Assembly (NCBI GenBank): GCA_037379555.1
Contig: JARRJK010000013.1
Coordinates: 3,514 to 67,513, forward strand
Reading direction: 5' to 3'
DNA: 64,000 bases
Origin: Anaerolineales bacterium
GTDB taxonomy: Bacteria > Chloroflexota > Anaerolineae > Anaerolineales > E44-bin32
The position numbers and the translations under genes are program-made. The notes beneath the pieces are model-generated. The model searched no databases. It had not been told where the DNA came from and worked only from the letters and a program-made list of their open reading frames with translations. The number at the start of each line of letters is the position of its first letter. Position 1 is the stretch's first letter. Positions 61,486-64,000 of the stretch are shown in pieces.

Positions 61486-62382
61486 ATGGAAGAGATCGGA
61501 AAGACACTTCGAGAAACGCGCGAGCGCCTGGGTTTGACGCTTGAGGAGATCGAGCGCACAACGCGCATCCGAAAGGCCCGCCTGGAAGCATTAGAGCGGG
61601 GCGAGCTGGACAGCATGCCTTCCCAGGCTCAGGCGCGCGGCTTCCTGCGCAATTACGGCGAAGCGCTCGGTTTGGATGTGCAAGAACTGCTCGCCCGTTA
61701 TGACGCGGCGCGCGGCCATAAAGCCTCCCGGCCACTACCTGCAGACGATCGCAGCGAGCCTCGAACCAGCCCGGGCAGACGGTCCGCCTCTGAGCTTGTA
61801 TTGACCACGTTGATCGCACTGGCAGTTATCGCCGTGCTCGTATGGGGCAGTGGACAGTTGATCGAGGCCTTGAACGCCGAATCGGCTACTCCGACGGAAG
61901 AAATCGTGCTCGCTCCGCAGGTTGAGGAAGCAACACCTATACCACCAGCTGCAAGCGCCACAAACCCCGCCTCTGGCGCCTCAGCAGTCGAGCCGACCGC
62001 GATCACACCCACGGCCACACTCATCTTGAATGTGCTCGACCAGGTCAACCTGCGAATTCTGGCCGAGACCGATTCTTTTGCCGAGGTCGTGGTCGATGGC
62101 GAGCAGGTTTATCGTGGTCGACTGCAAGCCGGCGAGCAATTGAACTACACGGGCGATACAGCGATCGAGGTCACCACCGGCAATGCCGGCGGATTGCGCG
62201 TCTTTTTCAACGATCGTGATGAAGGATTGATGGGGGAAATCGGGCAAGTTGTGGTGCGTATCTGGACGCCGCGTGGCGCCCAAACTCCGACACCAACGGT
62301 GACCGTCACGCCCACCCCTTCGCCGTTCATCACGTCGACCTCAACCCCGACGCAAACCACCCTTCCCAGCCAGGTTCCCTGA
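61486..62382 (+). CDS. rodZ: RodZ-like cytoskeleton protein (HTH, TM helix, PT-rich linker, DUF4115-like C-terminus)
   Basis: MEEIGKTLRETRERLGLTLEEIERTTRIRKARLEALE (XRE-type HTH), TM helix LVLTTLIALAVIAVLVW, C-terminal beta domain. Confidence 0.7.
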   Translation: MEEIGKTLRETRERLGLTLEEIERTTRIRKARLEALERGELDSMPSQAQARGFLRNYGEALGLDVQELLARYDAARGHKASRPLPADDRSEPRTSPGRRSASELVLTTLIALAVIAVLVWGSGQLIEALNAESATPTEEIVLAPQVEEATPIPPAASATNPASGASAVEPTAITPTATLILNVLDQVNLRILAETDSFAEVVVDGEQVYRGRLQAGEQLNYTGDTAIEVTTGNAGGLRVFFNDRDEGLMGEIGQVVVRIWTPRGAQTPTPTVTVTPTPSPFITSTSTPTQTTLPSQVP

Positions 62383-63737
62383 TGATGAATGACCGTTTTC
62401 ACCTCGTCTCGCTTGGCTGCGCCAAGAACACCGTCGACTCTGAATCGATGGCCGAACTGCTCGGCCGCGCGGGATTCAGCCCCAGCAGCACGCCCGATGA
62501 GGCGAGCGTATTGATTGTTAACACATGCGGTTTCATCGGGCCCGCGAAGCAGGAATCGCTCGCGGTGCTGCGCGACCTGGCCGAGGCCAAACGCCATGGC
62601 CAGCTGCTGATCGCAGCCGGTTGCCTGACCCAGCGCTACGGGGAGGAAATCCTTCATCAGGTGCCAGGAATCGACGGCATACTCGGCACGCGCCGCTGGA
62701 TGGACATCGTGATGGTGGTCCGGGAACTGCGCGGCGCGGGCGCTCCTGCCCCGCTGTATCACCTTCCGGATGTCCCTACGGTGGGCACCGATGAAGGGCA
62801 TGTGCTGCGGGCAGCGCGGCAGGGAGCAAGCGCCTATCTCAAGATCGCCGATGGCTGCCGCAGGCCATGTGCATTCTGCGCCATCCCGCTGATCAAGGGG
62901 ACGGCGGTCAGCCGGCCCGCGGAGCGCATCCTCGATGAGGCGCGCCAGCTGCATGACCGCGGCGTGCGGGAGTTGATTCTCATCGCCCAGGATACAACCG
63001 ATTACGGGCACGACCTGGGAATGCGAGACGGGCTGGCCTTGCTGCTGGAGCGGCTGGTAAAGGCAGTGCCCGACATGGATTGGATCCGCATCCTTTATGC
63101 CTATCCCGGCTATGTAACGCCGCGCCTGATCGAAGTCATGGCAGCCCACCCGCAAATCCTGCCCTACCTGGATATGCCGCTGCAGCACGCCGACACCGGC
63201 GTGCTGCGCGCCATGCGACGGCCAGCGAATCTCGACTGGGTCTACCGGACTTTGAGCGATATGCGCAGCGCGCTGCCGGGACTCGCCCTGCGGACGACGT
63301 TCATCGTCGGCTATCCCGGCGAGACCGAGCCAGCTTATGAACGCCTGCTTGAATTCGTGCGGGCAATTCGCTTCGACCGCGTCGGGGTTTTCACCTTCTC
63401 CTTCGAGCCCGGGACGGAAAGCGAAAGCCTCGGCGATCCGGTTCCGGAAGAGGTTAAGCAGGAACGCCGGGCGCGTTTGATGGAGCTCCAGCAGGAAATC
63501 TCGCTCGAGATCAACCAGACATTCGTCGGCCGTGAGCTGGATGTGCTCGTGGAAGGCCACGGGGAGGGACTTTCCTTCGGCAGGTCCTACCGGGATGCGC
63601 CTGAGATCGACGGAATGGTCATTCTCGAGGGCGAATTGGAGGTCGGAGAGCTGACTTCCGCCCGCATTACAGGTGCCATGCCCTACGATCTAACCGGCGT
63701 TCCTGACTCCGTACCGAAGCGAATCATTCAGCCGTAG
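62382..63737 (+). CDS. rimO: Ribosomal protein S12 methylthiotransferase RimO
   Basis: N-terminal [12 protein letters not shown], radical-SAM [12 protein letters not shown]-terminal TRAM domain. Confidence 0.9.
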   Translation: MMNDRFHLVSLGCAKNTVDSESMAELLGRAGFSPSSTPDEASVLIVNTCGFIGPAKQESLAVLRDLAEAKRHGQLLIAAGCLTQRYGEEILHQVPGIDGILGTRRWMDIVMVVRELRGAGAPAPLYHLPDVPTVGTDEGHVLRAARQGASAYLKIADGCRRPCAFCAIPLIKGTAVSRPAERILDEARQLHDRGVRELILIAQDTTDYGHDLGMRDGLALLLERLVKAVPDMDWIRILYAYPGYVTPRLIEVMAAHPQILPYLDMPLQHADTGVLRAMRRPANLDWVYRTLSDMRSALPGLALRTTFIVGYPGETEPAYERLLEFVRAIRFDRVGVFTFSFEPGTESESLGDPVPEEVKQERRARLMELQQEISLEINQTFVGRELDVLVEGHGEGLSFGRSYRDAPEIDGMVILEGELEVGELTSARITGAMPYDLTGVPDSVPKRIIQP

Positions 63738-63765
63738 CCAGAATCAGGGGCGCTCAAGACCCGTA

Positions 63766-63774
63766 TGATAGAAT
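63766..63774 (+). promoter_or_regulatory. Extended -10 promoter element (TGATAGAAT) upstream of moaA
   Basis: Matches TGnTAnAAT, 77 nt upstream of ATG 63851. Confidence 0.4.
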
Positions 63775-63850
63775 CCCCTTGATTTCAGACCTGCCCGCTG
63801 GCGAAGCACTCGGCGGGCACGCCGTGCTATATGAGATGGGTATAAGTGTG

Positions 63851-64000
63851 ATGTCTGACCAGCCCGATGACGCAAGGGATACATTTGGCCGCCACCTGAG
63901 GGATCTGCGCATTTCGGTCACCGACCGCTGCAACTTCCGCTGCACGTACTGCATGCCGAAGGATATTTTCGGCGTGGATTATCCCTTCATGCCGCGCGAA
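63851..64000 (+). CDS. moaA: GTP 3',8-cyclase MoaA (5' fragment, continues beyond the window)
   Basis: My own translation: [41 protein letters not shown]..., carrying the radical-SAM CxxxCxxC motif of MoaA. Confidence 0.8.
   Translation, partial: MSDQPDDARDTFGRHLRDLRISVTDRCNFRCTYCMPKDIFGVDYPFMPRE

Noticed and set aside
62145-63560. 471-aa minus-strand ORF
   Set aside because: It is antisense to rimO, which has clear radical-SAM and TRAM motifs. Its composition is biased and it has no motifs.
63775-63850. Moco riboswitch upstream of moaA
   Set aside because: The leader is only about 70 nt and contains a single GCCCGC...GCGGGC hairpin. That is too short, and I could not find the conserved Moco-motif elements.
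1-64000. CRISPR arrays, tRNA/rRNA genes, IS elements, integrases, prophage remnants
   Set aside because: Scanning the intergenic regions over 100 bp (8908-9327, 27310-27509, 33028-33191, 44266-44438, 58459-58592, 60601-60734, 63738-63850) showed no repeat-spacer structure, no cloverleaf-like sequence, and no transposase- or integrase-like ORFs. A tRNAscan or Infernal run would be needed for certainty.

Overview
GC-rich bacterial chromosomal window with about 65 tightly packed genes. I found no rRNA, tRNA, CRISPR array or recognisable mobile element by eye. Gene content (monoderm-style LCP and RodZ, MutS2, tail-anchored cytochromes) hints at Chloroflexota-like ancestry, but that is inference only. 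Main blocks: (1) 1..8907, minus strand: a nine-gene operon carrying about 34 c-type heme motifs. It holds an octaheme cytochrome, a Tat-exported 4Fe-4S protein, an NrfD-like membrane subunit, a small membrane protein, two tandem [multiheme cytochrome c + diheme cytochrome b] modules, and a NapC/NirT-like multiheme cytochrome. That last gene runs off the left edge and is missing from the supplied ORF track. One of the multiheme genes is split by a 1-nt frameshift. (2) 9328..17929, plus strand, divergent from block 1: a complete System I cytochrome c maturation operon (ccmE-F-H-G, a CcmI-like gene, a diheme cytochrome c, then ccmA-B-C-D). Its CcmE has a Cys (CXXXY) in place of the heme-binding His. 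The shared 411-bp AT-rich control region contains a perfect CRP/FNR-type palindrome and a second 16-bp palindrome. (3) Housekeeping genes: class I fumarase, Usp/TauE, mutS2, tag. (4) A pyrimidine operon: pyrC, pyrB, a fused pyrF-pyrE, an embedded EamA transporter and pyrD, preceded by a promoter plus a U-rich leader hairpin. (5) A membrane-anchored tandem-HKD PLD-family nuclease-like gene, followed 25 bp later by an 820-aa YjgR/DUF853 (HerA-type) P-loop ATPase. This is a candidate uncharacterised two-gene system. (6) A frameshifted MFS transporter and cydABDC. (7) tsaD, an M24 peptidase, selA, an ABC-F ATPase, LCP, PAP2 plus a nucleotidyltransferase, an ATL protein, a split nitrilase plus nadE, an Lgt-like gene, NfeD-SPFH, rimI, rplI, a rodZ-like gene, rimO and the start of moaA. 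The most interesting system is the multiheme cytochrome / quinol-oxidoreductase island together with its divergently transcribed variant Ccm machinery.
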